A DNA stretch of 64,000 nucleotides from Gammaproteobacteria bacterium (GCA_050291745.1 JBNKKI010000050.1:32012-96011); one strand, 5' to 3'. Counted from the first letter of the stretch, positions 10,956 to 21,451 are shown. Notes: generated by a model from the sequence alone, not told the origin. Numbers and translations are program-made.

Positions 10956-12227
10956 ATGAAAATACAAATTCAAAATGGCCGGCTCATTAATCCGGCGCTA
11001 AATCAGGATGAAATCGCTGATGTATTTATTGAAAATCAATTAATTGTTGCAACAGGAGAAGAACCGGAAGGATTTAAAGCGGATATAGTGATTGATGCAA
11101 ATCGACAACTGGTATTACCCGGTCTTGTCGACATTCAGTGTAGAGTCAGAGAGCCGGGGTTTACCCATAAAGCGAGTATTGCATCAGAAACCAGAGCAGC
11201 CGCTATAAATGGTATTACAAGCCTGTGTATTCCACCCGATTCAAAGCCTATTATCGATAATTCTGCCATCGTCGAACAAATCCACCACAGTAATCAAAAA
11301 GCTGGCAATCGTTGTCATATTTACACCATTGGAGCAATTACCCAGAAATTAAATGGTGAACACTTAAGTAACATGGGCACACTAAAAAAAGCAGGTTGTG
11401 TCGCCCTGAGTAATGCGCTTAAACCATTTTCCAACAACCTGGTTCAACGTAGAGCCATGGAATATGCTGCAGGGCAAAATATACTGGTTATTATACAACC
11501 CTATGACCATGCACTATATGCCAATGGCTGCGCACATGAAGGGGCACTATCAACCAGACTGGGATTACCACCTATACCAGAAGCGGCGGAAACAGCTGCA
11601 CTGGCAAGAGATATAGAACTGGTAGCTCAAACTGGAGCTACCACTCATTTTGGCCAAATTTCCTGTGCCCGCTCAGTTAACATGATCCGCCAGGCCAAAA
11701 AAGATGGTCTACCAATCACTGCAGATGTTAGTATGCATCACTTATTTTTAACCGATAGAGATATTGGGTACTTTGACTCCAATAAATTAACCATTCCGCC
11801 ACTACGCAGTGAACAGGATAAAATTGCACTACGCCAGGGATTAATTGATGGCACAATAGACTGTATATGTTCAGACCATCAACCACATGATGCGGATGCA
11901 AAATTAAAACCTTTCCCCTCAGCAGAACCGGGGATAAGCACTCTGGACACGCTGTTACCTCTACTATTCAAATTAGTCGATGAAAATGTACTCGACTTGC
12001 CACAGGCTGTAAAAAAACTAACGTATAATCCGGCCAGTATTTTTGCCTTACCGGCAGGACAGATAGCGCCTGGCGAATTGGCCGATATTATTATTATTGA
12101 TGATCAGTGCCATTACAGCTGTGATTCCAGTCAATTTCTCTCAGCTGGAAAAAATACGGCTTTTCAGGGATGGGATTTTACAGCCAGAGCAACAACAACG
12201 CTGGTTGCTGGCAAAATCATCGAATAG
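10956..12227 (+). CDS. pyrC: Dihydroorotase-like protein PyrC' (probably the non-catalytic ATCase partner)
   Basis: Amidohydrolase fold with SDHQPH, but the metal-binding HxH is replaced (DIQCRVREPG); follows pyrB. Confidence 0.85.
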   Translation: MKIQIQNGRLINPALNQDEIADVFIENQLIVATGEEPEGFKADIVIDANRQLVLPGLVDIQCRVREPGFTHKASIASETRAAAINGITSLCIPPDSKPIIDNSAIVEQIHHSNQKAGNRCHIYTIGAITQKLNGEHLSNMGTLKKAGCVALSNALKPFSNNLVQRRAMEYAAGQNILVIIQPYDHALYANGCAHEGALSTRLGLPPIPEAAETAALARDIELVAQTGATTHFGQISCARSVNMIRQAKKDGLPITADVSMHHLFLTDRDIGYFDSNKLTIPPLRSEQDKIALRQGLIDGTIDCICSDHQPHDADAKLKPFPSAEPGISTLDTLLPLLFKLVDENVLDLPQAVKKLTYNPASIFALPAGQIAPGELADIIIIDDQCHYSCDSSQFLSAGKNTAFQGWDFTARATTTLVAGKIIE

Positions 12228-12264
12228 CAATACGCATCGACGCGCAATAAAATCGATTTCAACC

Positions 12265-12377
12265 TGCGCATCTTTTTCACGCTCAACTGATTTTTCCAGG
12301 ATTATACACATCAACTGTAATCGTTTATAAAACAGTGGGTTAATCTCTATTGCGAGCGGTCAACTGCGGATTCCAGG
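12265..12377. mobile_element. Composite MITE remnant: inverted family A end fused to the right 77 bp of family B
   Basis: gcgcatctttttcacgctcaactgatttttccagg is the reverse complement of the start of the 22602 copy; 12301-12377 matches the right part of 39928-40162. Confidence 0.85.
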
Positions 12378-12524
12378 ATCATATGAAATATTGGTGCTGC
12401 CATAGTTCTTACTCTCGAAAGATGTGGGAGGATAATCAGTGTAATTTCAGCAAGACCGACTCCCAAAGGCAAAAAGAACCTGCACTATTCCTTTTTCAGT
12501 CTCAAAATATTTACAGCTGGAATA

Positions 12525-13235
12525 TCAGATCGCCTTACGACCTTTCAACCAGCAATCGCATAGATAAGGAACCAGTTTTGTAGCCTTTGCTCTAAGAAAT
12601 TTATAACCATAGGGCTTTTTATCAATCTCCAGACTCACCACATATTTTTCTGCATGGAATCTAGCCGCTTTTACCAGGTCTGCAGCCGGGTAAACCGAAA
12701 GCGAGGTGCCTACCACTAATACTTTTCCCGCCGTTTTTAAATGTTCACGACATTTTTCATAATGCATAATTTTTTCACCAAACCAGACAATATGTGGACG
12801 CAGTTGACTGCCCTCAGAACATCGGTCACCTAAATTAATACCCTGATCAAGCAGCTCATAAACCAGCTCAGGATTGGAGGTACTTCTTGCCTTGAGTATT
12901 TCTCCATGTACATGAATAACATTTTCAGATCCTGCCCTTTCATGCAGATCATCAATATTTTGAGTAATGACAACAACCTCATAAATTTCTTCAAGTTTTG
13001 CAATCGCATAATGAGCATCATTTGGCTGTGCTTTTTTTATTTCATCTCGACGTTCATTATAAAAATTAAGAACCAGTTGCTGATTTCTTTCCCATCCCTG
13101 AGGACTTGCAACTTCATAAACTGGATATTCATTCCACAGTCCACCCGAATCACGAAATGTTTTAATGCCACTTTCAGCACTAATACCAGCACCTGATATC
13201 ACGACTATTTTGTTTGGGTTGATTTCTTTAGACAT
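12525..13235 (-). CDS. cobB: Sir2 family NAD-dependent deacylase
   Basis: GAGISAESGIKTFR, TQNIDDLHERAG, HG, LRPHIVWFGE, VGTS. Confidence 0.92.
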   Translation of the reverse strand: MSKEINPNKIVVISGAGISAESGIKTFRDSGGLWNEYPVYEVASPQGWERNQQLVLNFYNERRDEIKKAQPNDAHYAIAKLEEIYEVVVITQNIDDLHERAGSENVIHVHGEILKARSTSNPELVYELLDQGINLGDRCSEGSQLRPHIVWFGEKIMHYEKCREHLKTAGKVLVVGTSLSVYPAADLVKAARFHAEKYVVSLEIDKKPYGYKFLRAKATKLVPYLCDCWLKGRKAI

Positions 13236-13262
13236 AAATTCGCTTATCAATAGTTTGTTTAA

Positions 13263-13275
13263 ACCTGGAAAAATC
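13263..13275. repeat. Family A terminal fragment
   Basis: acctggaaaaatc identical to the family A end. Confidence 0.55.
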
Positions 13276-13332
13276 TACTGAAGTTATGATTTTGAATAAT
13301 AAATCCATTTAAAATGTCCTGAATTTAATAAA

Positions 13333-14220
13333 CTACCCTGACTTCCTGAGAGATAAATAAATACCCGAACCAATAGCTAAAGCCCCGATCATATGGAACC
13401 AGAATAATTTTTCACCTAGAAAAATAACCGCCATCGTCGTTCCAAACACAGGCATAAGGTGAATAAACTGGCCAGCAGTACCAGCTCCAACCATTTTAAC
13501 CCCCTGATTCCAGAATAAAAAAGCCCCTATAGAAGCAAATAATGCAACATAGCTAATAGCCACAATATTTGAAGTATTAACCACAAATGCAGGTTCATCC
13601 AGTAAATTTAACCAGTACACAGGGCTTAAAATTATCACCCCAATAATCATGGTAAAACTGAGAAAAACCGGCGCAGTAAGTTTGTCTGGTCTCCAGCGAA
13701 GACTAATCGAATACACTGCCCAGACAAACGCAGCAAGCAAAATCCAGATATCACCCATATCAATTTTAAATGCCAGGAGATTGTTAATATCACCCCGGCT
13801 GACCAGCAGTAACACACCGCCGGTTGAAATAAGAATACCCAGCATTTTGATTGCATTTATCGGCGTTCCCGGAAATATTCTGGACAGCAGAATAATCAAG
13901 ATTGGAATAAAACTGTTAATCAATAAGGCATTAGTCGCCGTAGTTTCATGCAATCCCAGATAGGCAAAAGTATTAAATCCAGCTACTCCAAATGCACCCA
14001 TAAATATAAGTAAGGGCAAATTAGCACGAATAATTGACCATTGGTTAATCAGTGATTTCAGGGTAAATGGTAAAATCACGATTAAGGCGGTACACCAGCG
14101 TAAATAAGAAATCGTTATAGGAGATATATCGGCTGCAAAAGCCCGCCCTATTACAAAATTTCCAGACCAGAACAATGCTGAGCCAGCCAGCATCAAATAA
14201 GCCCAGTTTTTAGACATCAC
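13333..14220 (-). CDS. DMT/EamA family transporter
   Basis: About ten hydrophobic segments, FWSGNFVIGR, HLMPVFG...FLGE. Confidence 0.9.
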   Translation of the reverse strand: MMSKNWAYLMLAGSALFWSGNFVIGRAFAADISPITISYLRWCTALIVILPFTLKSLINQWSIIRANLPLLIFMGAFGVAGFNTFAYLGLHETTATNALLINSFIPILIILLSRIFPGTPINAIKMLGILISTGGVLLLVSRGDINNLLAFKIDMGDIWILLAAFVWAVYSISLRWRPDKLTAPVFLSFTMIIGVIILSPVYWLNLLDEPAFVVNTSNIVAISYVALFASIGAFLFWNQGVKMVGAGTAGQFIHLMPVFGTTMAVIFLGEKLFWFHMIGALAIGSGIYLSLRKSG

Positions 14221-14280
14221 ATTTACCCGGTAAAAAAATTCAAATAATACAGAGTAAACTTAAAGACTCTGAAATTAGCA

Positions 14281-15435
14281 TTACTCTTCAGAAGGTAATT
14301 CAAGCTCATCAGGAAATGGCTGCTCATTTAAATGATGACGTTTATCTTTAGACTGATCATTACCAAAGTTAATTTTCCATTCGAGGTTAGTACTTGAATC
14401 TGCATATAACAAGGCATTTTTAATGGAAATTTTATCCGCTTTATATAAATCATAAAGAGATTGATCAAAGGTCTGCATCCCAACTGTGTCACCTTTTTCC
14501 ATAATTTCTTTTATTTCATTAAAATTCCCTTCCCTTAAGAGTTCAGAGATATATGGCGAATTAACCATAACTTCCACCACGCATGCTAAGCGTCCATCCA
14601 TTGCAGGCACAAGTCGTTGAGAAATGACAGCTTTTAAGTTTAATGATAAATCCATCAATAATTGTCGTCTCATATCAGTAGGAAACATATTCATAATACG
14701 ATCCATCGCCTGATTAGAGTTAACCGCATGTAAAGTGGTTAGACAAAGATGACCAGTATCAGCAAAATTAATAGCCGCCTGCATGGTTTCGCGGTCACGT
14801 GCTTCACCAATCATAATTAATTCAGGGGCTTCACGTAATGCTTCCCGTAATGCATTTTCATAAGATAAGGTATCAATTCCGACTTCACGCTGTGAAATAA
14901 TGGCTTTTTCATGCTTAAAAACAAATTCGATAGGATCTTCGATTGTTAAAAAGTGCCCACCATCACGTTGGTTACGATAATTTATCATCGAAGCCAGCGT
15001 AGTCGATTTACCGGAACCAGTTGATCCAACCACCAGTACCAGGCCTGTTTGATCCATCACAATTTTTTTCAGTATTTGCGGAAGTCCAAGTTCTTCGATG
15101 GTAGGGATATCCCATTTTATATAACGAATTACCATTGAAACTTCAGATCTTTGTAAAAAAATATTAACCCTGAACCTGCCTACATCGAGTAGTGTAAAAC
15201 CGAGGTTTAATTCACGATTAATTTCAAAATCCATAATTTGATCTTCAGACAACAAGCTATAAGCTAACTTTTGTACCTGCCCTACTTTAAAAGGATTTTT
15301 AGCAATTGCAGATGTTTTACCATCCAGCTTCATATTTGGTGGCGCACCAGTGACAAAATACAGATCAGAGGCCTGTTTTTCGGCCATAATCTTTAAGTAC
15401 GGCTCCAGCATTCTGGTTGTTGGTTCATGACTCAT
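14281..15435 (-). CDS. pilU: PilU-like type IV pilus retraction ATPase (second copy)
   Basis: GSTGSGKST, TIEDPIE, QREVGIDT, TGHLCLTTLH, GMQTFDQ. Confidence 0.85.
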   Translation of the reverse strand: MSHEPTTRMLEPYLKIMAEKQASDLYFVTGAPPNMKLDGKTSAIAKNPFKVGQVQKLAYSLLSEDQIMDFEINRELNLGFTLLDVGRFRVNIFLQRSEVSMVIRYIKWDIPTIEELGLPQILKKIVMDQTGLVLVVGSTGSGKSTTLASMINYRNQRDGGHFLTIEDPIEFVFKHEKAIISQREVGIDTLSYENALREALREAPELIMIGEARDRETMQAAINFADTGHLCLTTLHAVNSNQAMDRIMNMFPTDMRRQLLMDLSLNLKAVISQRLVPAMDGRLACVVEVMVNSPYISELLREGNFNEIKEIMEKGDTVGMQTFDQSLYDLYKADKISIKNALLYADSSTNLEWKINFGNDQSKDKRHHLNEQPFPDELELPSEE

Positions 15436-15456
15436 TACAGTTTCCTATCAGACTAT

Positions 15457-16632
15457 CTAAATCATGCCGCCAGCTGAGTCACTATCTTCAGCATCTTCCA
15501 GCTCGAAATCATCCCGATGATCATCCACCAGTCCAGTTTTTCTGGCAGTATCACTTTCCAGTTTGATACGTAATCGTAAATCATTTACCGAGTCAGCATT
15601 TCTCAGCGCATCTTCAAAAGTAATCTTTCTTTGTTCATACAAATCATATAGAGCCTGATCAAAAGTCTTCATGCCCTGTTCATTTGATTTTTTAATTAAT
15701 GATTTCATTTCATGAACTTCACCTTTAAAAATTAAATCCTGCATCAAAGGTGTATTGATCATAATTTCAACAGCCGGAATACGACCAACACCATCGATAC
15801 GAGGTATCAACCGTTGAGAAACCAGAGCTTTCAGGTTCAAGGATAAATCCATCAATAATTGCTGGCGTCGCTCTTCCGGGAAAAAGTTAATAATTCTATC
15901 CAGCGCCTGATTCGTACTATTAGCATGCAAAGTAGACAGGCAAAGATGCCCTGTTTCAGCAAACGCTATCGCATGATCCATTGCTTCACGATCTCTTATT
16001 TCACCAATTAAAATCACATCAGGTGCCTGACGTAAGGTATTTTTGAGGGCAATTTCATAACTATCTGTATCCACTCCGACTTCTCGTTGAGTCACCAGAC
16101 AATTACGATGCTCATGAACAAATTCCACCGGATCTTCAATAGTAATAATATGACCATAACTATGACGATTTCGATAATCTACCATCGAAGCCAGAGAAGT
16201 TGATTTACCTGAACCGGTACCACCTACAAAAATAACCAGACCTCGTTTAGTCATAGTGATATCCTGCAGAGTATCCGGCAGATTAAGCTCACTGAAACTG
16301 GGAATGTCAGAATTAATAATCCGTAATACCAGTCCTGTGCTACCGCGTTGCACAAAAGCATTCACACGAAAACGTGCTACTCCTGGTAAAGCAATTGAAA
16401 AATTACATTCCTGATGCTCTTCAAACTCTGACACCTGTTTATCATTCATAATAGAACGTGCCAGCATCTGAGTATGGGTGGGAGCCAGAACCTGCTTGGA
16501 TACTGTCGCAATTTTACCATCAACCTTAATAGCAGGTGGAGAACCAGTTGTTATAAAAAGATCCGACCCGCCTTTACTCACCATCATGCGTAATAGATCA
16601 TGCATGAAAGCTATCGCTTTATTTCTATCCAT
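15457..16632 (-). CDS. pilU: Type IV pilus ATPase PilU
   Basis: GGTGSGKST, LKNTLRQAPDVILIGEIRD, NADSVNDLRL. Confidence 0.93.
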   Translation of the reverse strand: MDRNKAIAFMHDLLRMMVSKGGSDLFITTGSPPAIKVDGKIATVSKQVLAPTHTQMLARSIMNDKQVSEFEEHQECNFSIALPGVARFRVNAFVQRGSTGLVLRIINSDIPSFSELNLPDTLQDITMTKRGLVIFVGGTGSGKSTSLASMVDYRNRHSYGHIITIEDPVEFVHEHRNCLVTQREVGVDTDSYEIALKNTLRQAPDVILIGEIRDREAMDHAIAFAETGHLCLSTLHANSTNQALDRIINFFPEERRQQLLMDLSLNLKALVSQRLIPRIDGVGRIPAVEIMINTPLMQDLIFKGEVHEMKSLIKKSNEQGMKTFDQALYDLYEQRKITFEDALRNADSVNDLRLRIKLESDTARKTGLVDDHRDDFELEDAEDSDSAGGMI

Positions 16633-16667
16633 TCTTTGTTTGCCCTATTATTTTCTGATATATGAAA

Positions 16668-17702
16668 TTAAATTGAATCCGGGTTGGCAGCCTTTTTCCT
16701 TGCTTCTTCTTTTGATATCAACCCCTGAGCGAGTATCATTTTCAAATTCTGATCCAGCGTTTGCATTCCTAAACTCTGACCTGTCTGTATGGCAGAATAC
16801 ATTTGTGCAATTTTATCTTCGCGTATCAGATTTCGAATAGCCGGTGTTCCTATCATGATTTCATGAGCAGCTACCCGGCCTCCACCAATTTTTTTCATCA
16901 ATGTTTGTGAAATAACTGCTTTTAAAGATTCCGATAACATAGAACGAACCATCGATTTTTCAGCAGCAGGAAAAACATCGACAATACGATCAATTGTTTT
17001 TGCAGCTGAACTGGTATGCAAAGTACCAAACACCAGATGGCCGGTTTCTGCCGCAGATAATGCCAGGCGTATGGTTTCAAGATCACGCATTTCTCCGACC
17101 AGAATAGTGTCAGGATCTTCACGCAATGCTGAACGCAGTGCCTCATTAAAACCCAGTGTATCACGGTGAACCTCACGCTGGTTAACCAGACACTTTTTAC
17201 TTTGATGAACAAATTCGATGGGATCTTCGACCGTCAGGATATGCCCGTATTCAGAATCATTTTTATAATCTACCATGGCTGCCAGGGTCGTCGATTTACC
17301 CGAACCGGTTGGCCCTGTAACCAGAACGATTCCACGAGGATATTCTGATATATCTTTAAAAATAGAGGGGGCCCCCAAATCTTCCAAAGATAGAATTTTA
17401 GAGGGGATTGTTCTAAAAACCCCACCGGCACCACGGTTATGATTAAATGCATTCACCCGAAAGCGCGCTAAACCGGGAATTTCAAAAGAAAAATCTGTCT
17501 CCAGAAACTCTTCAAAATCCTTACGCTGCTTATCACTCATAATATCGTACAGCATATCATGAACCTGTTTATGATCCATTTCCGGAACATTTATTCTTCG
17601 AATATCACCATCCACCCTGATCATCGGGGGTAATCCGGCAGAAAGGTGTAAATCTGAAGCGCCTTGTTTCACGCCAAAGGCAAGAAGTTGAGCTATATCC
17701 AT
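16668..17702 (-). CDS. pilT: Type IV pilus retraction ATPase PilT
   Basis: ASDLHLSAG, GPTGSGKST, AIRNLIRE. Confidence 0.97.
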   Translation of the reverse strand: MDIAQLLAFGVKQGASDLHLSAGLPPMIRVDGDIRRINVPEMDHKQVHDMLYDIMSDKQRKDFEEFLETDFSFEIPGLARFRVNAFNHNRGAGGVFRTIPSKILSLEDLGAPSIFKDISEYPRGIVLVTGPTGSGKSTTLAAMVDYKNDSEYGHILTVEDPIEFVHQSKKCLVNQREVHRDTLGFNEALRSALREDPDTILVGEMRDLETIRLALSAAETGHLVFGTLHTSSAAKTIDRIVDVFPAAEKSMVRSMLSESLKAVISQTLMKKIGGGRVAAHEIMIGTPAIRNLIREDKIAQMYSAIQTGQSLGMQTLDQNLKMILAQGLISKEEARKKAANPDSI

Positions 17703-17792
17703 GTTGATCTCGAATGTTGATTATTAGTTATTATCAGAAGTGGTGTAATATTCATCTTTTTAATTATAGTAGAAGCATGTTACTTTTGAAGA

Positions 17793-18509
17793 ATGACTAT
17801 AGCAAAAGCTATGCATAACATCGAAAAAAATCTTGCATTAGTGCAAAACAAAATTTATCAGGCAGCAACAGAGTTTCATCGAAACCCTAAAGCTATCACT
17901 CTGCTGGCCGTCAGTAAAACAAAATCTATAGCTGATATCGAGAGCGTATATCATTGCGGGCAAAGAGATTTTGGTGAAAGTTATATACAGGAAGCCGAGC
18001 AAAAAATACTGGCTTTACAGGATAAGCCGATAACCTGGCACTTTATAGGCCCGATACAGTCCAACAAAACTCGTAAAATTAGTGAACTTTTTGACTGGGT
18101 TCATAGCGTCGACAGGCTGAAAATAGCCCGAAAATTAAATGAGTATCACCCTCAGCATAAAGCGCCACTCAACATCCTGCTTCAGGTTAACATTGATAAT
18201 GAAGCAACTAAATCCGGTATACAGCCTGACCAGATACAAACACTGGCCCAACAAATTAGTACACTCCCCCAATTAAAATTACGTGGATTAATGGCTATCC
18301 CATCCCAGCACAAAGATCTTCAGCAACAACGCATTCCATTTGCCAGAATGCAGCAGGCTTTAAGCAAATTACAACAACATTACCCTGATTGCGATACACT
18401 CTCGATGGGAATGAGTGGAGATATGCAGGCAGCCATTGCAGAAGGTTCAACTCTGGTTAGAATAGGCACCGCAATATTCGGGGCTCGGACAGCTAAAACG
18501 ACTAATTAA
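17793..18509 (+). CDS. yggS: PLP homeostasis protein YggS
   Basis: LLAVSK, WHFIGPIQSNK, LSMGMS, VRIGTAIFG. Confidence 0.95.
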   Translation: MTIAKAMHNIEKNLALVQNKIYQAATEFHRNPKAITLLAVSKTKSIADIESVYHCGQRDFGESYIQEAEQKILALQDKPITWHFIGPIQSNKTRKISELFDWVHSVDRLKIARKLNEYHPQHKAPLNILLQVNIDNEATKSGIQPDQIQTLAQQISTLPQLKLRGLMAIPSQHKDLQQQRIPFARMQQALSKLQQHYPDCDTLSMGMSGDMQAAIAEGSTLVRIGTAIFGARTAKTTN

Positions 18510-18519
18510 TTGAAAATTT

Positions 18520-19362
18520 ATGACTAGCAAAACCACATCAACAATCTGCTTTATAGGGGCTGGCAATATGGCCAACAGCCTGATAGGCGGATTAATAGCC
18601 AGGCAATATCCTGCTCAAAAACTTATAGCCAACGATATAAATGCTGAAAAACTTCAACAAATTCATGAAGATTTCAGTATTCGAACAGAAACCGACAATA
18701 GTATCGCCATTTCATCAGCACAGATTATAGTGCTCGCGGTAAAACCTCAGGTTATGCAACAGGTATGTAAATCACTGGCATTGTCACTATCTAAAACAAA
18801 CCAGAAACCTCTTTTTATCAGTATTGCCGCAGGCATCCGGGAAACCGATATAAATCGCTGGCTGGGTGGAAATCACGCGATAGTCCGGTGTATGCCAAAC
18901 ACACCTGCACTGGTTAATCTGGGTGCATCTGGTTTATTTGCCAATTCAGTGGTCAGCCAGGAGCAAAAGCAAAATGCTGAGCAGATACTACAAAGCACAG
19001 GAATTACCGTGTGGGTAAAACAGGAAGCTCAACTTGACGCAGTAACCGCTATTTCAGGTAGTGGCCCGGCCTATTTTTTTCTATTTATTGAAGCTTTGCA
19101 AAATGCAGCAATAGAACTGGGGCTAAACACAGAAATTGCAGCAAAATTAGCCCGCCAAACAGCACTCGGTGCAGCCACAATGGCTATAGATAAAGATGTC
19201 AGCACACTTCGTACACAGGTGACATCCAAAGGTGGCACAACTGAACAGGCTATAGCCAGTTTCCAGCAGAATGGATTAGCCGAACTGGTGCTGAAGGCAA
19301 CCCGGGCAGCAGCTAAACGCTCAGAAGAATTAGCCGATCAGCTGGCTAAAGATAATAGCTAA
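18520..19362 (+). CDS. proC: Pyrroline-5-carboxylate reductase
   Basis: FIGAGNM, LAVKPQ, MPNTP, SGSGPAY, VTSKGGTT. Confidence 0.96.
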   Translation: MTSKTTSTICFIGAGNMANSLIGGLIARQYPAQKLIANDINAEKLQQIHEDFSIRTETDNSIAISSAQIIVLAVKPQVMQQVCKSLALSLSKTNQKPLFISIAAGIRETDINRWLGGNHAIVRCMPNTPALVNLGASGLFANSVVSQEQKQNAEQILQSTGITVWVKQEAQLDAVTAISGSGPAYFFLFIEALQNAAIELGLNTEIAAKLARQTALGAATMAIDKDVSTLRTQVTSKGGTTEQAIASFQQNGLAELVLKATRAAAKRSEELADQLAKDNS

Positions 19363-19393
19363 AATTTTGTAACACTTACATCGAGATTTAAAA

Positions 19394-20002
19394 ATGGGAT
19401 CATCCTACCTGACTTCGCCACTGGCATTGATAATAAATACACTATTTGATTTATATATTATGCTGGTTTTATTGCGTTTTATGCTGCAATGGCTAAGAGC
19501 CGATTTTTACAATCCTGTTTCACAGTTTATTGTTCGTGCAACTACCCCCGTACTTAAACCCTTACGTCGAATTATTCCCGGTTTTGGTGGTCAGGATATT
19601 GCCGCGATAGTGCTTGCCCTGATCATTATTTTAGTAAAGTATTTAATTCTAAAATCATTAAGCATCAATGTGATTGAACTAGGAAATGAACTGGCCCCAA
19701 TTGGTGCAGTGAGCATTTTCGGTTTAATAGTAATTGCATTGGCTGAAATAGCCTCCATGTTCATTAACATCTTTTTATTTTCCATCTTTATTTCTGTCAT
19801 TCTCAGCTGGGTAAACAATGGTGGATACAATCCTGTCATCGGATTAGTTTACACCATTAGTCAGCCCGTCATGAAACCGGTACAAAAATTGATCCCGCCT
19901 CTGGGTGGTATTGACTTATCTCCACTTTTTGTCATTCTGGGATTAACGGTTATTAAAATGTTATTGATTCGCCCTATCCTGTACCTCGCTGTTCAATTAT
20001 GA
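19394..20002 (+). CDS. yggT: YggT family membrane protein
   Basis: RADFYNPVSQF, GGIDLSP. Confidence 0.92.
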   Translation: MGSSYLTSPLALIINTLFDLYIMLVLLRFMLQWLRADFYNPVSQFIVRATTPVLKPLRRIIPGFGGQDIAAIVLALIIILVKYLILKSLSINVIELGNELAPIGAVSIFGLIVIALAEIASMFINIFLFSIFISVILSWVNNGGYNPVIGLVYTISQPVMKPVQKLIPPLGGIDLSPLFVILGLTVIKMLLIRPILYLAVQL

Positions 20003-20295
20003 ATCAGCAACCCTGGGTTTTAGAAAACAATCAGCTCACTTTATACTGCCATGTTCAACCAGGAGCCAGGCAGAATCAATTGAGTGGTTTATATGATAAT
20101 TGCCTGAAAGTACAATTAAAAACACCCCCGATAGAAGGAAAGGCAAATAAAGCACTGATTAGCTATTTGGCTAAACTATGGGGTATACCTAAATCTAAAA
20201 TCAGTATCAAAAGAGGCTTGAGCAGCCGTAGAAAGACCCTGCTGATCACAGATTTAGCGGAAATCCCATCCGATTTAAGCAAATTATCATCATAA
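19999..20295 (+). CDS. yggU: DUF167/YggU family protein
   Basis: VQPGA, PPIEGKAN, G.SSRRK. Confidence 0.9.
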   Translation: MNQQPWVLENNQLTLYCHVQPGARQNQLSGLYDNCLKVQLKTPPIEGKANKALISYLAKLWGIPKSKISIKRGLSSRRKTLLITDLAEIPSDLSKLSS

Positions 20296-20372
20296 TAAAC
20301 GAATCTTTTTTGTTTAATACAATCTATACTGATCAGGTCAATATCAAAATCAAACTGAATATAATTTAATTT

Positions 20373-20387
20373 TGATTTTTCCAGGTT
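20373..20387. repeat. Family A terminal fragment
   Basis: tgatttttccaggtt matches the family A end. Confidence 0.55.
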
Positions 20388-20411
20388 CAATTCGCTTATA
20401 AAGGAGATAAC

Positions 20412-20846
20412 ATGAAAAATATAATCAAAATAACTATTATTACCCTTTTACTTAGCTTTCATAACATTGCTTTAGCTGAAAGTTCAAAAGCAGTAGGAGA
20501 TTACATTGTTCATTTCAATGCCCTTTCTACTGAGTCATTACCACCATCAGTTGCTACAGCCTATGGTATTACACGCAGTAAAAACAAGGGATTATTAAAT
20601 ATATCCGTCATAAAAAAGGGCTCAAATTTCGAAGCTGCCGAAGCAGAGATTGATGTCAGTGCAACGAACCTGACAGGTCAGTTACGTACTATTGAATTGC
20701 GTAAAATTAAAGAACAAAATGCTATTTATTACATTAGCGTTTTTTCAGTGGCAAACCAGGAAACGCTGGATTTTTCCATCAAAGTAAAAACACCTGATGG
20801 AAAGCTTGGCAATATCAGTCTACGCCAGCAATTTTTTGCTAATTAA
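20412..20846 (+). CDS. DUF4426 family exported protein
   Basis: Signal peptide, VHFNAL, AYGITRSK, NLTGQ, EQNAIYY; usual neighbour of yggU. Confidence 0.85.
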   Translation: MKNIIKITIITLLLSFHNIALAESSKAVGDYIVHFNALSTESLPPSVATAYGITRSKNKGLLNISVIKKGSNFEAAEAEIDVSATNLTGQLRTIELRKIKEQNAIYYISVFSVANQETLDFSIKVKTPDGKLGNISLRQQFFAN

Positions 20847-20855
20847 CAGCTAAAA

Positions 20856-20890
20856 CCTGATACCAAGCTGATTTTCAGCTTCGTATCAGG
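20856..20890. terminator. Hairpin between convergent genes
   Basis: cctgatac-caagctga-tttt-cagctt-cgtatcagg inverted repeat. Confidence 0.5.
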
Positions 20891-21338
20891 ATGCCATCTC
20901 TTCTGCCAAAAGTCTGGCCTTAATAAAGTCTTCCTGAGAAACATACAGTAAATCGGCTACTTTCCTTAGTAAATGCTCTTCATAGTGATGCTTTTCACCA
21001 TCAGCAAAAGCCACCATCCACATCAATTCAATCACTTTTGCTTTAGCTTTCTGGCCTAGTTGCTCATTCATCAAACGAGTAATATGCTGCAAAGATACCA
21101 GCTGATCGGCCTCTTTATGGGCATTTACCAACAGGGTATCCACCTCTTCTTCGCATAGCGAAAAATGATTCAACAATAATTGTCGAATTCTTTCTAATTC
21201 GACCTCATCCTCAGAAAAATCTGCCTTGCTCACTTCAACCATTAAGGTGGCTGTAGCAAGATCAATCGCCATTGATGGCTGCACTTCATTGAATCGTTCA
21301 AAGGCAGGTTGAAAAAACTTTTTAATTAAATTATTCAT
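20886..21338 (-). CDS. TerB family protein
   Basis: LATATLMVEVSKAD, LMWMVAFADG, EEHLLRKVADLL. Confidence 0.85.
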   Translation of the reverse strand: MNNLIKKFFQPAFERFNEVQPSMAIDLATATLMVEVSKADFSEDEVELERIRQLLLNHFSLCEEEVDTLLVNAHKEADQLVSLQHITRLMNEQLGQKAKAKVIELMWMVAFADGEKHHYEEHLLRKVADLLYVSQEDFIKARLLAEEMAS

Positions 21339-21451
21339 TCTTCTAACTTAATACCTATCTAATAGAAATAATTGATTGAAAATAAATTATTCATTGCTAT
21401 TTACCAATGCAGTCATCAAACTATCACAATCTATTAAGCTCATTTAACACT

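Noticed and set aside
10956-12227. PyrC lacking metal-binding histidines as a novelty
   Set aside because: This is the known inactive PyrC' partner of Pseudomonas-type ATCase
21340-21450. OxyR binding site between terB and oxyR
   Set aside because: Only a partial ATAG-N7-TGAT match in very AT-rich DNA
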